Below are positions 26,530-40,124 of a stretch of 64,000 nt of DNA, in pieces. Each line of letters begins with the position of its first letter. The first letter of the stretch is position 1. Source of the DNA: Octopus vulgaris (taxonomy: Eukaryota); the NCBI GenBank assembly GCA_951406725.2, contig OX597814.1, positions 30,566,001 to 30,630,000 of the forward strand, written 5' to 3'. The position numbers were made by a program, and so were the translations under genes. The notes below the pieces were generated by a model that worked only from the letters and a program-made list of their open reading frames with translations, did not search any database and had not been told where the DNA came from.

Positions 26530-27065
26530 TTATGGGATTACGAGAGCGTCACTGTTTCTCTTGTTCACCAGGTATTTTGTCGCAATCTCCCGTCCCTTGA
26601 TTTCAAACGCGTAGCCTTCAAAGTGTGATGTGATGTAGTGGTCATGTGTCCAAGAGAGGCTGAGCCTCGTGTCAATTCTACTGTCTTCTTCAAGCTTCCG
26701 GGTAACATACCCATGCATGGTCTTTTCTTTGTATGCTGAGTGCTTTCCGTCCAGGTCATCTCTGAGGTAAGAGAGCCCAGCTATTTTGGGGCTGTATAGG
26801 AGATCATCAGGAAGAGAGTGCTTCTTGAGGAGCTCAGTACCAACTCGTACAATGTTGTTCACTTCACTTTTCAGCAGTGCATTTATATATTAATTTTTGC
26901 TGCTGTTGTTTAGCAGGTGCTGCCTGAGTGATACCATACGGCATTCGAAGGCCGTCCTCACTGATCTCAGGCCTCTACCACCTTCATTTCTTCTTAGGTA
27001 GAGCCTGTCAACATCACTGTTTTTGTGGAAGTTTCCAGTTGTCAGGATTTTGCGGGTTTTGATAT
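26530..27065 (-). pseudogene. R4/Dong-like LINE ORF fragment (post-RT region)
   Basis: RKILTTGNFHKNSDVDRLYLRRNEGGRGL...KTMHGY...SLSW...EGYAF..QE/RE-IATK motifs; one in-frame stop. Confidence 0.8.
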
Positions 27066-27176
27066 CTATGGAGTGGATTACATGTGTATGTATTGTATGT
27101 TCATTTTGTACGCATGTAGGTATACATACATATATGTATATGTGTTGAGTGTATACATATTACTAGTATTCGTTTA

Positions 27177-27589
27177 TTCTTTTACTTATTTCAGTAATTT
27201 GACTGCGGACATGCTGGAGCACGACCTTGAAGGGTTTTAATCAACAAATCGACCCCAGGACTTATTATTCTTTAAGCCTAGTACTTATTGCATTGGACTT
27301 TTTGTCAAACCGCTAAGTTACGGGTACGTAAACTCACCAACACCAGTTGTCAAGCGGTGTTGGGAGGACAAGCACAGATACAAAAACACACACACATAGA
27401 TACATACATAATACATACATATACATACGGGCTTCTTTCAGTTTCCGTCTACCAAATCCACCCACAAGGCTTTGGTAGGCTCGAGGCTATAGTAGCAAAC
27501 ACTTGTCCTAGGTGCCACGCAGTGGGACTGAACCCGGAACCATGTGGTTTGGGAAGCACACTTCTTACCACACAGCCACACCTGCGCCT
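27177..27589 (-). mobile_element. SINE family A, older full-length copy
   Basis: Similarity to other copies. Confidence 0.8.
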
Positions 27590-28357
27590 ATGCAAGCGTG
27601 GCTGTATATATGTCATTGGTTTGCAAATTTGTATGCTTTACCTTTGTATGCTTCCCATATAGGATCGGCAAATACCCTGAAACATGTCTGCAGATGCCTG
27701 ACCAGCAAGGGAAAGCGGCTGACCTCTCCTGTTCGAAGGTTATAATGGACACAAGTTCGTGTGTCATATAACTAGCTAGAGGCGATGGCCTCTTGGAGCT
27801 AATCAACGGCAGTTTTAGTTTTATATTTATGGACTGCCATATTAGCTTGGCGATAACTGTTAATGATACATATAATTTAAAGTGTAATATACTGAATGAC
27901 TTCCGCAAAATAATCTTTATTAATTAAAATTTTCCTCTTAGCTGGACAATAGAAAAAAAAAGGGAGATCGGTAATTGTTCACAACTCTCAAAGAAAAGGG
28001 AGAAAATTTCGAGAAACTTAAATTTTCCAAATAAATTTATATGCTTAGCAGAAACCTGACCTTTGCTAACAAGCAAGATGACATCTTATATACATGGTGC
28101 GATCGGACTAAACCCCATTAATGTAGTATAGTCTACTAATGCCTCTTTGGTCATTTGACAAATGTTTACATATCAACAAAGAGTTAAACTTTTGGAATAT
28201 CTTACGTATTTCCACAGTTCCTTTAATTCCTTGTCATTGTATTTTCCTCATTAGTTATAAATTGCTTGGTTTTGGGAATCCCAGTTTTTCAACATTAGTA
28301 CAAGTGCTGCAATAGTCACAAGTATAATATGTAACTATTATCCACTTGTGTATGTGT

Positions 28358-28636
28358 GGAGGCACATGGCCTAGTGGTTAGAGCAGCGGACTCGTGGTCG
28401 AGGGATTGTGGATTCGAATCTCAGACCGGGCGATGTGTGCGTTTATGAGCGAAACACCTAAGCTCCACGCAGCTCCGGAAGAAGGTAATGGCGAACCTCT
28501 GCTGACTCTTTCGCCACAACTTTCACTCTTTCCTCCTGCATCTTGCATCTCACCTGCAACGGACAGGCATCCCGTCCAGGTGGGGAACCTATACGCCCTA
28601 ATGAGCCAGACGTGGCTCGAGAAGGAAGAAACAACA
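28358..28636 (+). mobile_element. SINE family C
   Basis: tRNA-like A/B boxes; homologous to 7056-7341; imperfect TSD CACTT(G/A)TGTATGT. Confidence 0.85.
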
Positions 28637-29344
28637 CTTATGTATGTATATATCTGTCTATTTCGAACTCTTTCACTCGGTGTACATACATATGCACGCG
28701 CGCGGGTACATACACATATACAAAACATTAGAGAATCATGGAAACACTATATCAGACAGTTTTGATAAAATAATAAAAAGCTGTCTGGTGTAATATATTT
28801 TAAATGAATAATTTATTGTAGTCACATCCTATCGAACTAACAAATTATTCATACGCAAAATAAATAATTTCTTTGTTTGCTTAGAGTGTAAATACAATAG
28901 ATTGTTCATTAAAAATAATGTACCAAATGACTTTCCTATCATGTCACCAGAATATATCTATTTATTATAATATGAAGCTGAAACTTCGGATTGTCGGTAC
29001 ATAAAGTTTTATATTTTCATTTGTCGAAAAACTTATTGCATAATATATTTATAAATGCACTACCGGGATATTTACACATATACTGGAAACGAAAACAAAA
29101 TATTTAAAATCAGAACGAAGTTATGATTAGACAGAGAAAATTTAACGATAAACCTATAAATTTCGTAAAGTTTTCAAGCATTTTGAGTCCGGCACTTTGA
29201 ATGTGATTAGAAGGACAAGATTTTGTCACCGTATTTGATAGCTTAGAAGCCGCACGGACATATAAGACAGAACCCAATTTTAGCAGCTTCTATTAAAGAA
29301 AAAAAAAAAAGAAGTATTAAGCGCATTATAACTTACAGAAGGCC

Positions 29345-29712
29345 CAACTTGGGCAAGTGTCTTGTGCCATACCCTCCTCCTATGGACAAATGCCTTGTGT
29401 GTGAACTTTGGAGAGGAAACTGTGCGAAAGCCTGTCGTATATACGTGTATGTATGTATGTATGTATATGTATATCTGTATGTGTGTGTTTGAATGTGTAT
29501 ATCTGTGTGTGTGTGTCTATGCGTGTGTCCATGTCATCGGTTGACAATCAGTATTGGCTTGTTTATGTCCCCGTAACTTAGCGTTTCGGAAACGGAAACC
29601 GCTAGAATAAGTAGAAGACTTTAAAATAAGTACTGGGGTGGATTTGTTTGGCTAAACTCTTCAATGCGGTGCCCCAGAATGGCCGCAGTTCAGTCACTGA
29701 AACAAGTAAAAG
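29345..29712 (+). mobile_element. Diverged SINE family A
   Basis: TTGGGCAAGTGTCTT...GAAACAAGTAAAAGA. Confidence 0.7.
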
Positions 29713-30279
29713 AAAATAAATTCACTTTTGAATTTCGAATATTCTTTTAGAGTAAATTGTACCAATGAAAAGTTGTGCTTTAAATTTATATTTATTAGAT
29801 TTTTAAAGTTCTAACACTTAGCTTAAATACTTAGAAATACTTCTCCCATATAAATCCTAAAGAGAAAAGGCAATATATTACTAAACCTTTTAAGTTTAGT
29901 AATATATTGCATTCAGTATTTGATGCGCTCAGTGTATGATGACGCCGGAGATTTGTGGAGTACTGATCTCCGCAGAAACCAATGGTGTTGACTTTAATGT
30001 TCATGTTGCATTGCATTATGTTTACTGTTGCTATTTTTGTCTAGCTCTAAATCAACTCTGACCAAGCAAATTCATAATCAAAGGCGTTCCATTCTATTTT
30101 ATTTCCAGGCATTGCTTCCAATATTACATTATTCAATGCAACCTTCCGTTGACGATAACGTAGCATTTGAGGAAGATTAGGTTGCTATTTCGAGCATGTC
30201 AAACCACTATGTACGTCGAGGCTCCATCATATACTCTTGGCGGAATCGGTCGTGCAAAACACACACTCTCTCTCTTTCT

Positions 30280-30310
<31 letters not shown>

Positions 30311-30311
30311 G

Positions 30312-30346
<35 letters not shown>

Positions 30347-30351
30347 GCACG

Positions 30352-30437
<86 letters not shown>

Positions 30438-31894
30438 CGAACGCGCTCACAGACACGCACGCATACACGCACGCACAAACGCATATCTTGGCTACTCTGC
30501 ATAGCCGTGACTTCCGAAATTGCGTAGGTCTACTGGGTATATGTTTCGATATAAGTTTTATTCGGCGTATGTATTATAGGTCTAAGTTTTCTAGTTTCTT
30601 TTGGTAAAAGTGCAATAACTCCCCACCCAGCAAAAAACAAAAAGTTGTTAATCGTAGTCAGAGAGTGTTACGTCCCTTAAGAATAAAAACCAAATTTCGT
30701 GATATCCACAGACATTAAGTGAAGTTTTGCAAACCTGTTCTCGTTTTCGCATTCTGACGCGAAATGCTGGGAGGAGGTACCTTAAAATCTGGTCACATTC
30801 AATGTTAGAGCGATAACGCACGACGCGTTAAAAATGTATTTAAAATCTTACTTCAGAATAGTGGTATAACAAACTTTAAAATTATTCCAAAGAAGAAACT
30901 ATAAAACGTAGTTGAAGAGTACCAATCTATGAATTTAGACATTGCAATACTTTTTCAAGATACAATAAATAAGAAAACGGATGAGTAAAGATTTGGAAGC
31001 CACAAATTATATAATTCACAATAGACTCTATCTTGGCAAGTAAGTCTATTTTGATGGAACTAAAAGAACAAAGCATCAGGGTATAGAAGAAGACGAAGAA
31101 TATATAGTGTTAGAGAAACTGAAGGAAAAACAAGAATCTCGTGATTCTTTGCCAAAAGTTTTCAATACCGAAAAAATACTACTATAATTTGGACAAATAG
31201 TTGGTGATAGAAGTGAAAGGTGACGAAACAATGGACTAAAAGTCGTATAAGTTAACATGTTTTTTACATTCTGGAGTTGTCTGTACAGACTTTATTTTGG
31301 CCTGCTCACCTAGCCAGCGGGTGACGTCATTCGAAAGCTAAAACGATGCGAAGCGCATTGTGACCAGAGTTGTATAACAACTTCCGATAGTCTGGTCAAT
31401 CACCTGATCACGTGACCACACACCTTATTTAATTAGAGCTAAATCAACTATTCTTTGACATAGTTATGTATTGAAATGGTTGCACGTCTAGTAAGTAAAC
31501 GTACCCAAATGTGCTCAAATTTTGAATTCTTCATTTGTAACTCAAATAATATGGTATCACTAGTTGATGCGCACAAAAATTTGATTAGTATTGTACTACA
31601 AGAAGGTAAAAAGTTTCCAGGTTAAACCATTAAATCGTGTTTTCTCAAAAGCAACATTTTGAGTTATTCATATTATTAGCGAGGATGTCCGTGTTTCTCA
31701 ATTCTCTACCTTAGTTTAGTTACTCTAAGACTCATTCATGACACACAATTCTCCAAACAACCATGTTCCCTTTGCGACCTTCGAACTCTTTGCTTTTGCA
31801 GGAATTATCGGTTCAACCGAGCACTACTCATGCCGAATAAACAACGTCCACACAAACTGCACAAAGGGCCACCAGACACTGTGATATACATACA

Positions 31895-31930
<36 letters not shown>

Positions 31931-32188
31931 TATATACAGTGGCGGCCAAAATGTTCAGAACAGCATTGTTTTCGTCAGAAAAGTAGATAAGTAGGGGGGG
32001 GAGCGACCTCTGTTGTACTCTTTCGCCACAACTTTCTCTCACTCTCTCTTCCTGCTTCTTGAGTAACGCTGCGATGGACTGGTGTCCCGTCCAGCTGAGG
32101 GGAACACATACACCACAGAAACCGGGAAACCGGGCCCATGAGCCTGGCTAGGCTTGAAAAGGACGCATAAATAAAAATAATATATATA

Positions 32189-32238
<50 letters not shown>

Positions 32239-32317
32239 GACGGACTTCTTTCAGTTTCCGTCTACTAAATCCACCCATAAGGCTTTGGTCGGCCTGAGGC
32301 TTTATTAGAAGGCAGTT

Positions 32318-32862
32318 GCCCGTCAAACAGGTCTGCTGTCCTGCTAAGGTGAATATCTCTTTAAAAATCAAAGAGAAAGAAGATAATTATGGACAATTGA
32401 TTCGAAACCTCCAGCTTCTATATCCGGATTACAAAGTTATATTTATACCAGTAATGATTGGAGCGCCTGGTTTTGCAAAGAAATGCCTGTCAGTCTGGAT
32501 AAGCTTGGATTTTCAGAAAAAAAAAATCAGTCAGCTGATTCGCACATTATAAATACAAGCTGTAAGTGGAACAGTAAAAGTATGCAAGACTTTTCTCAGG
32601 TTTAAAATGCGACATTATTTTCGCTATCTACATTCCAAAGATGGAGCTTTGTATCTTTGTTAGAACCAGCTCCTTCTTCGAAGGAAGAAGTTAAATGATT
32701 AAGTACAGAAGAGACATACATACATACATACATACATACATACATACATACATACATACATACATACATACATACATACATACATACATAATTACATAAT
32801 ACATACTTAGAAACCGGCTCTTCCTCCATTGGCAAGAAATCTTGGAAATAAAACTGAACAAT

Positions 32863-32865
<3 letters not shown>
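32318..32865 (+). pseudogene. 3' end of R4/Dong-like LINE (RLE C-terminus plus 3' UTR) associated with (CATA)n
   Basis: CPAKVNISLKIKEKEDNYGQLIRNLQLLYPDYKVIFIPVMIGAPG...SGTVKVCKTFL; terminal TTGGCAAGAAATCTTG(G)AAATAAAACTGAA shared with 37365-37468. Confidence 0.75.
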
Positions 32866-32917
<52 letters not shown>

Positions 32918-34228
32918 ATGTATATGTGTGTGTGTGCATCTGTGTATTTTGTTTTCTCCTGATTACATCTTGAACAACGGGCCACATTATCTCTTTTCTC
33001 TTTTTTTTTTGTTGTAAAAACCCATTTGTTAATAATCTCAAGGAAACTAAATTCAGAACATGAGTTACTACGAATCAATTGTGTAATTTTAATTGAAATG
33101 TCAAGGAAAATTATGCAAAACTTTGCAAAAGTTAATATATTTAACTTTATATTTGTTTGGACTTGCAGCAATAAAATAAAACAGACAATGTTGTGCCTTA
33201 GTTTTTGACGAAATTTCGATTCTGGTGGAACAGCAAATAAGGTGCGGAGAAAAATAACTAACTGATAACACACAGACACACAGAAATATACGTATGTGTA
33301 CGAACATGCTTGCAAGTGGATCGTATAGATAGATATGTAGACGCATAACCGATATAGACTTTAGAACATCGTTAGAACTATTTTAGAAAAGAAACAATAT
33401 AAAGAAAAGTTAGAAATGGAAGCATGCGAATCAGGAAATTAAATATGAATGGGGCAACAAGACACTTTGAAAAGGGTGAATTAAGAACTTAATATCATAT
33501 CAGGATTAATTCGAAACGACGGATTAGAGATTTACTTTTTGATAGTTTCTTCCTCACAACATCACTGGAAGCAACACTGAAGAGAAAGATAATTATTTTA
33601 CCGAGGAATTTCCAATGGAATTGGTCTGGTGAGTTACATTTAAAATCTACTGGCTCTTATGTAATACTGAAGTAATTCAAAACGCTGAAGATCATTCGTC
33701 ATTAGATTAGTCTAACATGCAGGCTTCCGAAAGTCTCATCTACTACATCCAGTTGTAAGCTAGAATCTAATAGAAAATCTTTAATCAAATGATTGCAAGC
33801 TCCATGATGATATTTCAAGAAATTCAATCAGAACATCTGTTTAAATGTTTCAATATTCTAGCAAGAAATCTTTTCGCCTTTCAAAAAGAAAATAAAAAAG
33901 AAGAATCTGATTTGTTTTTAACGAGTAATTTTTAATTCTTTTAAGGATGGCTCCATTCGGTTTTTCGAAGTAACTTCACTACATGTCGCTTTTACATGGA
34001 TTTCAGAATTAACGTAAATTATATCACACTCTTATTAACTACAGAATATTGTTGTAGGAAAAAAGCCGAAGAAAGCAAAGTTTAACTAAACTTTTGTAAA
34101 TCTTCAAAGAAGTTGATTACTTAATATATTAGAGATAATATTAGATTTCTTGTGGCAGCAAGAAAAGGGAACAAATAAACTGTCATCTTGATGTAGTTCA
34201 CGACTTGTTTGTTTCATTACCTGTTCGC

Positions 34229-34442
<214 letters not shown>

Positions 34443-34698
34443 CTATGACAGAATGCCCCACTTTTCTTTGTATTCCTGCCTTCCTACTTGTCTACATATC
34501 CGTAAATAATTGAAAAAACCCCCAAAAAAACAAAGAAGCAAAATCCCTATTCTGTTCCCACCAATCATTTGTACGAGTGAATAGGGTTAGTGGATAGAGG
34601 ATTGAGTTATCTGTTCTTAGGTCATGGTTTCAAATCTGACAGTCATTTCTAATTTTTTTCAGGAAAAAAAAAAGCCTACTTTATTCTCCATTGTATTT

Positions 34699-35028
34699 GC
34701 GTGGCTCAGTGGTTAGAGCGTCGAGCTTACGATCGTGAGGTTGTGAGCTCGAATCCCGGACCGGGCTGCGTGTTGTGTTCTTGAGCAAGACACTTTATTT
34801 CACGTTGCTCCAGTTCACTCAGCTGTAGAAATGAGTTGCGACGTCACAAGTGCCAAGCTGTATCGGCCCCTTTGCCTTTCCCTTGGACAACATCGGTGAC
34901 GTGGAGAGGGGAGACCGGTATGCATGGGCGACTGCTGGTCTTCCATAAAACAACCTTGCCCAGACTTGTGCCTCAGAGGGTAACTCTCTAGGTGCAAAAC
35001 CATGGTCAGTGTCTGACCGGAGGGGGTC
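34699..35028 (+). mobile_element. SINE family E (tRNA head plus CORE-like middle)
   Basis: GTGGCTCAGTGGTTAGAGCG...TCGAATCCC, CTTGAGCAAGACACTT...CACTCAGCTGT, followed by an A-run. Confidence 0.8.
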
Positions 35029-35216
35029 AAAAAAAAAAAAAAATTTATTTATCTAACCACTAATAATTGGTTTTAAAATATCTGAACACAGACACAGAAT
35101 CTAGAGGAAGATTTATCTTTTCTTTGCTATTTGTCATGACACCGGAGCTAATGCTGCAATCCATATAAGCTTCCGCAGGTTCCGGACGCAATTTCATTAC
35201 GTTACTGCAGTTACTT

Positions 35217-35588
35217 CAGTGGTTAGGGCAGCGGACTCGCAGTCATAGGATCGCGGTTTCGATTCCCAGACCGGGCGTTGTGAGTGTTTATTGAGCGAAA
35301 ACACCTAAAGCTCCACGAGGCTCCGGCAGGGTGGGTGGGTGTCGATCCCTGCTGTACTCTTTCACCACAACTTTCTCTCACTCCTACTTCCTGTTTCTGT
35401 TGTACCTGTATTTCAAAGGGCCGGCCTTGTCACTCTCTGTGTCACGCTGAATATCCCCGAGAACTGCGTTAAGGGTACACGTGTCTGTGGAGTGCTCAGC
35501 CACTTATACGTTAATTTCACGAGCAGGCTGTTCCGTTGATTCGGATCAACCGGAACCCTCGTCGTCGTAACCGACGGAGTGCTTCCAC
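35217..35588 (+). mobile_element. SINE family D
   Basis: Near-identical to the minus copy at 55311-55691. Confidence 0.85.
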
Positions 35589-35752
35589 CACTTCAAGAAG
35601 TCATGCCTGTATTCCCCTACCCAACCAACACAAGACCGCAGTATCAAACTCTATGTCCATATGTTGCAGTTGACCATTTTCAGCAATTAACTTTACTCAC
35701 CTGGACATAAAACAATAGTTTAATTTATTTTGATTTGAAGTTATTTCCATCA

Positions 35753-36167
35753 CTCTTTTACCCTTTTACTTGTTTCAGTCATTTGACTGCGGCCATGCTG
35801 GAGCACCGCCTTTAGTCGAGCAACTCGACCCCGGGACTTATTCTTTTTGTAAGCCCAGTACTTATTCTATCGGTCTCTTTTTGCCGAACCGCTAAGTGAC
35901 GGGGACGTAAACACACCAGCATCGGTTGTCAAGCAATGCTAGGGGAACAAACACAGACACACAAACACACACACACACACACACACACATACATATATAT
36001 ATACGACAGGCTTCTTTCAGTTTCCGTCTACCAAATCCACTCACAAGGCATTTGTCGACCCGGGGCTATAGCAGAAGACACTTGCCCAAGATGCCACGCA
36101 GTGGGACTGAACCCGGAACCATGTGGTTGGTTAGCAAGCTACTTACCACACAGCCACTCCTGCGCCT
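35753..36167 (-). mobile_element. SINE family A, full length
   Basis: Head and tail similarity. Confidence 0.9.
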
Positions 36168-36797
36168 ATCACGATCAAATATTTGTTTTCATACCTAAAA
36201 CGCAAACAATTTTTGGAACTCATTGATCCCTTACGGTTTTCAACCAAGAATTATCTCTCTCGTACGGACACTTTCATATCCCACATTTTTATTATGAAGG
36301 GCCCCTTCGGATAATGGATGTTAAAATTTTATAACCATGCTTAACGGGGGAGCCCAAGTCAAGTAGCAAAACTCTACGCTATCGTTCATCTAGTAAAAAT
36401 AGCGGCTACAAATCACACCATATCGTTCTTAAAATATGAAAGGCCACATTAGATAATTTAGTCATGCAAGCATATGAAAAGGCTTGAATGCCATTAATCA
36501 TAGACTTCCTTGACAAGGACTTGCCAAATGCAACAATATCAACAGCAAAAACAAAAGAAGTAGCTATAGCGGCGGCGGCAGTAATAAAACCAACAACAAC
36601 AACAGAATCACCTGTTATCTGGAAAATAATGAATCTAGAATTGCTTAATCAAATGTATCCTTTCAATTTTGTCAGTGTGATGTAGTGGGTATTTGGTCTT
36701 TATTTCTGTTTGGTTGATTCAGAAGTGGTTTAATAACATAACTTGGATGACAATATTTGTTGATATTATAGTACCTGTGGAAGATGTAATTATATAA

Positions 36798-36993
36798 TGC
36801 ATTCATGACACTTCCTCAGTCAAGAGGAGATGGAAGCTTCAGTCAAGAGGAGATGGAAACTTCAGTGAAGCTTCAGTGAAGTTGTTTGCCCCGAAAGAAA
36901 AGAACTGATATTAGCGCGGGATCGAAGGACTGGCAGAAAGGTGGATTCAGACGGTGCAACACGATGGTCTTTACTTTGAATGCTATGTTGCTT
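36798..36993 (+). mobile_element. TIR-less mariner 3' fragment with 10-bp flanking direct repeat
   Basis: Homologous to 39674-39835; TTATATAATG at 36790-36799 and 36992-37001. Confidence 0.75.
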
Positions 36994-37364
36994 ATATAAT
37001 GTACAGAGTTGGTGAATTCTGTTATATATGTATTAGCAATATATTTCTAATATAATGCCGTGTAGCATTGATGATAGTTGTAATAGTACAATATTACTTG
37101 GACTAAAGCTCTAAAGCATTAGAAAGGAAATGTGAAATTGTAATGTTGATTTTTCGCTCAGAGCATTTATTGCAGAAATGAAATTAATTGATCTTAACGA
37201 GGTGTGGAAATCGGGAAGATAGATTTGTAGGTTTGACCCATCCGTATTTAGTCCTTCAGCATTTACTGTACACAGAATTGTTATAATGAATATTTCTAAC
37301 ATTGGTCATCAGAAAAACATGCATACACATACATACATACATACATACATACATACATACATAC

Positions 37365-37468
37365 CCTGTTGACTTTGTTGAAATTCCAAGGAAGGAGGCG
37401 TGAATCTAGGCTACAAACCGGTTCTTTTTCTATTGGCAAGAAATCTTGAAATAAAACTGAATAATGAC
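37365..37468 (+). mobile_element. Short 5'-truncated LINE 3' end inside (CATA)n
   Basis: Shares terminal ~55 bp with 32808-32865; (CATA)n on both sides. Confidence 0.7.
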
Positions 37469-37775
37469 ATACATATATACATACATATATACATACATAC
37501 ATACATACATACATACATACATACATACATACATACATACATACATACATACATACATACATACATAGTGGATTAAAGCGAGACGATTTCTCGACAAGTA
37601 CTTACTTCGTCGACCTGGTATGAGGAAAAGCAAAATAGGGTTGGGTGCGACTTGAATTTAGAGCACAAATTTAGCTTGGTACCTTAACATTTATGTAATT
37701 CCAGAATCTTTAATAGCGTCATCTTTGAAAGAGAAAAGATAAAGAGCATGTGACATTATTAATGGTGCAAGTAAA

Positions 37776-38145
37776 GCAGCGAGCTGGCAGAATCGTTAGC
37801 ACGCCGGGCGAAATGCTTAGCGGTATTTCGTCTGCCGCTACGTTCTGAGTTCAAATTCCGCCGAGGTCGACCTTACCTGTCATCCTTTCGGGGTCGATTA
37901 AATAAGTACCAGTTACGCATTGGGGTCGATATAATCGACTCAATCCGTTTATCTGTCCTTGTTTGTCCTCTCTGTGTTTAGCCCCTTGTGGGTAGTAAAG
38001 AAATAGGTATTTCATTTGTCTTCACGTTCTGAGTTCAAATTCCGCTGAGGGGTCGATAAATTAAATACCAGTGAGACACTGAAGTCGATGTGACCGACTG
38101 GTTCCCTATTTCAAAATTTCAGGCCTTGTGATTTTACTAGAAAGG
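37776..38145 (+). mobile_element. SINE B head plus unit plus second diverged unit with alternative tail
   Basis: Junction AAGAAATAGGTATTTC near 38000. Confidence 0.85.
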
Positions 38146-38740
38146 TTTATTAATGGTCCAAGCAAATGGAATTGTAATAAATTGTCATTTGTTCGGTGAA
38201 CACCGAGATTCGAAACGACGACTTGCTTAATTATTCTGAATATATTTCGGTAGATTCGAGCGTGAAAGTGCTAATAACGGTTGTGCTCATAACAAGTGAA
38301 TAGCGTCACCTTTATAATGAATATGTATTCGTAACACATTTGATTCTTTAGTACAACAGATTCTGGGATACCGGTGATTCGACATGCCGTGTCTCGTTTG
38401 TCAGAAGCATCCAGATCAATGAATCTAACAAGATCTGAGAGTCCTGTTTATAGTTTCAGCGAATAAACTGTTTGCTGTGCCGTGCAGATATGTTTCAACT
38501 GATAATAGATCGTCATATGCACGGTGAACAATAAAAATGTAAACGATGAATTGTATATTTATTCTGAATACGTTCTGGCAGACTCGAACGTGAATATGTC
38601 AATCGCTGTTGAGTTCATCACAGCAGAATAGTTTCTCCTTTATGACGAATAGGTGTTCATATGTCTTCAACCAAGAATGGAAAATGATTCGTGAATTTAA
38701 TTAAGGGATTAACTTTTACTTAATAACGCTTTACATTATA

Positions 38741-39902
38741 TTGTGTTGAGTCAGAAATTTTGTAGTATTTTGGTAACCCATTTGCTTTATTCGTCAAGTT
38801 GCAACAAAAGCAACCTAGCATTTAAAGTAGAGGCCATCGGGTTGCACCGTCTGAAGCCACCTTTTTGTCAGTTTCTTGATCCCATGCTGGATCCGTCTGG
38901 AGAGGAGGAGCCTGCTGCAAAGAGTGTTTGGAAAAAGATGGATGACAGTGGTAAGAAAGATGAGAATGCACGAGGCTGTGCTTGCATGGTCGGTCGGAGC
39001 ATAAAAGGAAGGAAAAAGATTACCAAAAGGGATAACCAATCGGCGGGTTAATTCACTAACCCGGACCCAAATTCCATCCAATCATCATATATATTTTTAA
39101 CTCCCATCCGTAAAATATATGTAAATACATCTGTCTTTCATATTGTATATAAGAAGCGTGTTTGTATCCTTGGCCTTCGAGGCGAAGAACCCCATCAGTG
39201 AAGTTTCCATTTCCTCTTGGTTGATAAAGCGTCGCGTGTGCAAGAGATGAGCCATGGATGGAAAGCAGTAAGAATTTCAGGGAATCAGATCCGGACTGTA
39301 TGCTAGATGTGGCATCAGCGCGATTCCCTCAAGTTTCTGGAGTTTATTCCGAGTCGTTCAAACAGTATGAGGTTTTGCGTTGTTTTGCAGCAGAAGAACT
39401 CGTATTCTGTTAACTAATGCGGGGTATTTTTGCCACACAATAGCATACATCCTCTCCAGCCGTTCGGCTTACAGGTTGGCATCAGTGATTCGATCGTCTG
39501 GAACGAACTGGCAGTGAATCATCCACTCATAATTCCACTCGGCCGAGCATTACGTTGTGTTCGAAACGCCCATATTTGGCGATAGGTTCCGGAAGCTGGC
39601 CTTTGCTAAACCTCTGCTTATGCATGTTAGAATTGCGGAAAAATATCTCCTTCGGATTATTATGTTCACCTCCTGCATTCATGACACTTCCTCGGTCAAG
39701 AGGAGATGGAAGCTTCAGTGAAATTCTTTGCCCCGAAAGAAAAGAACTGATATTAGCTTGGGATCGACGGACTGGCAGAAAGGTGGCTTCAGACGGTGCA
39801 ACACGATGGCCTTTACTTTGAATGCTAAGTTGCTTTTGTTGTAACCAGACGAAAAAAGTAAACAAGTTATCAAAACATTGCAAAACTTTTGACTCAACAC
39901 AA
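38741..39902 (-). mobile_element. Degenerate mariner bounded by two inverted 3' ends
   Basis: TIR TTGTGTTGAGTCA at both ends; minus-strand relic LLLQNNAKPH...PHLAYSPDLIP; C-terminus RWLQTVQxDGLYF present on both arms. Confidence 0.8.
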
Positions 39903-40124
39903 TCACTGCACAGTAATCGAACCGACCCTATATCCCAGAGATTGACTTGCTAAAAACAAGTAAATCTCCCTGAAATCACACCCTACTGTTTAAACAAAGG
40001 AAAGACACTTTGAATGATGTAGTCATGGATATACAAAAAAGATAGGATGGTCAAGTCAGAACGTCCTTGATTATGGATGTTATCGATACTGGACGACCTG
40101 GTCTTATACAAAAATCGGCAAGTA

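Noticed and set aside
29935-30061. ATGATGA...CTGA as a box C/D snoRNA
   Set aside because: No convincing terminal stem or recognisable rRNA guide; such short motifs are expected by chance
33400-34110. Coding-like stretch (KDGSIRF etc.)
   Set aside because: Too degenerate to assign; probably an old retroelement relic; similar ambiguity at 43400-43980
34699-34775. tRNA genes suggested by A/B boxes (also at 7270, 28360, 35217, 55620)
   Set aside because: No complete acceptor stem; they continue into SINE bodies
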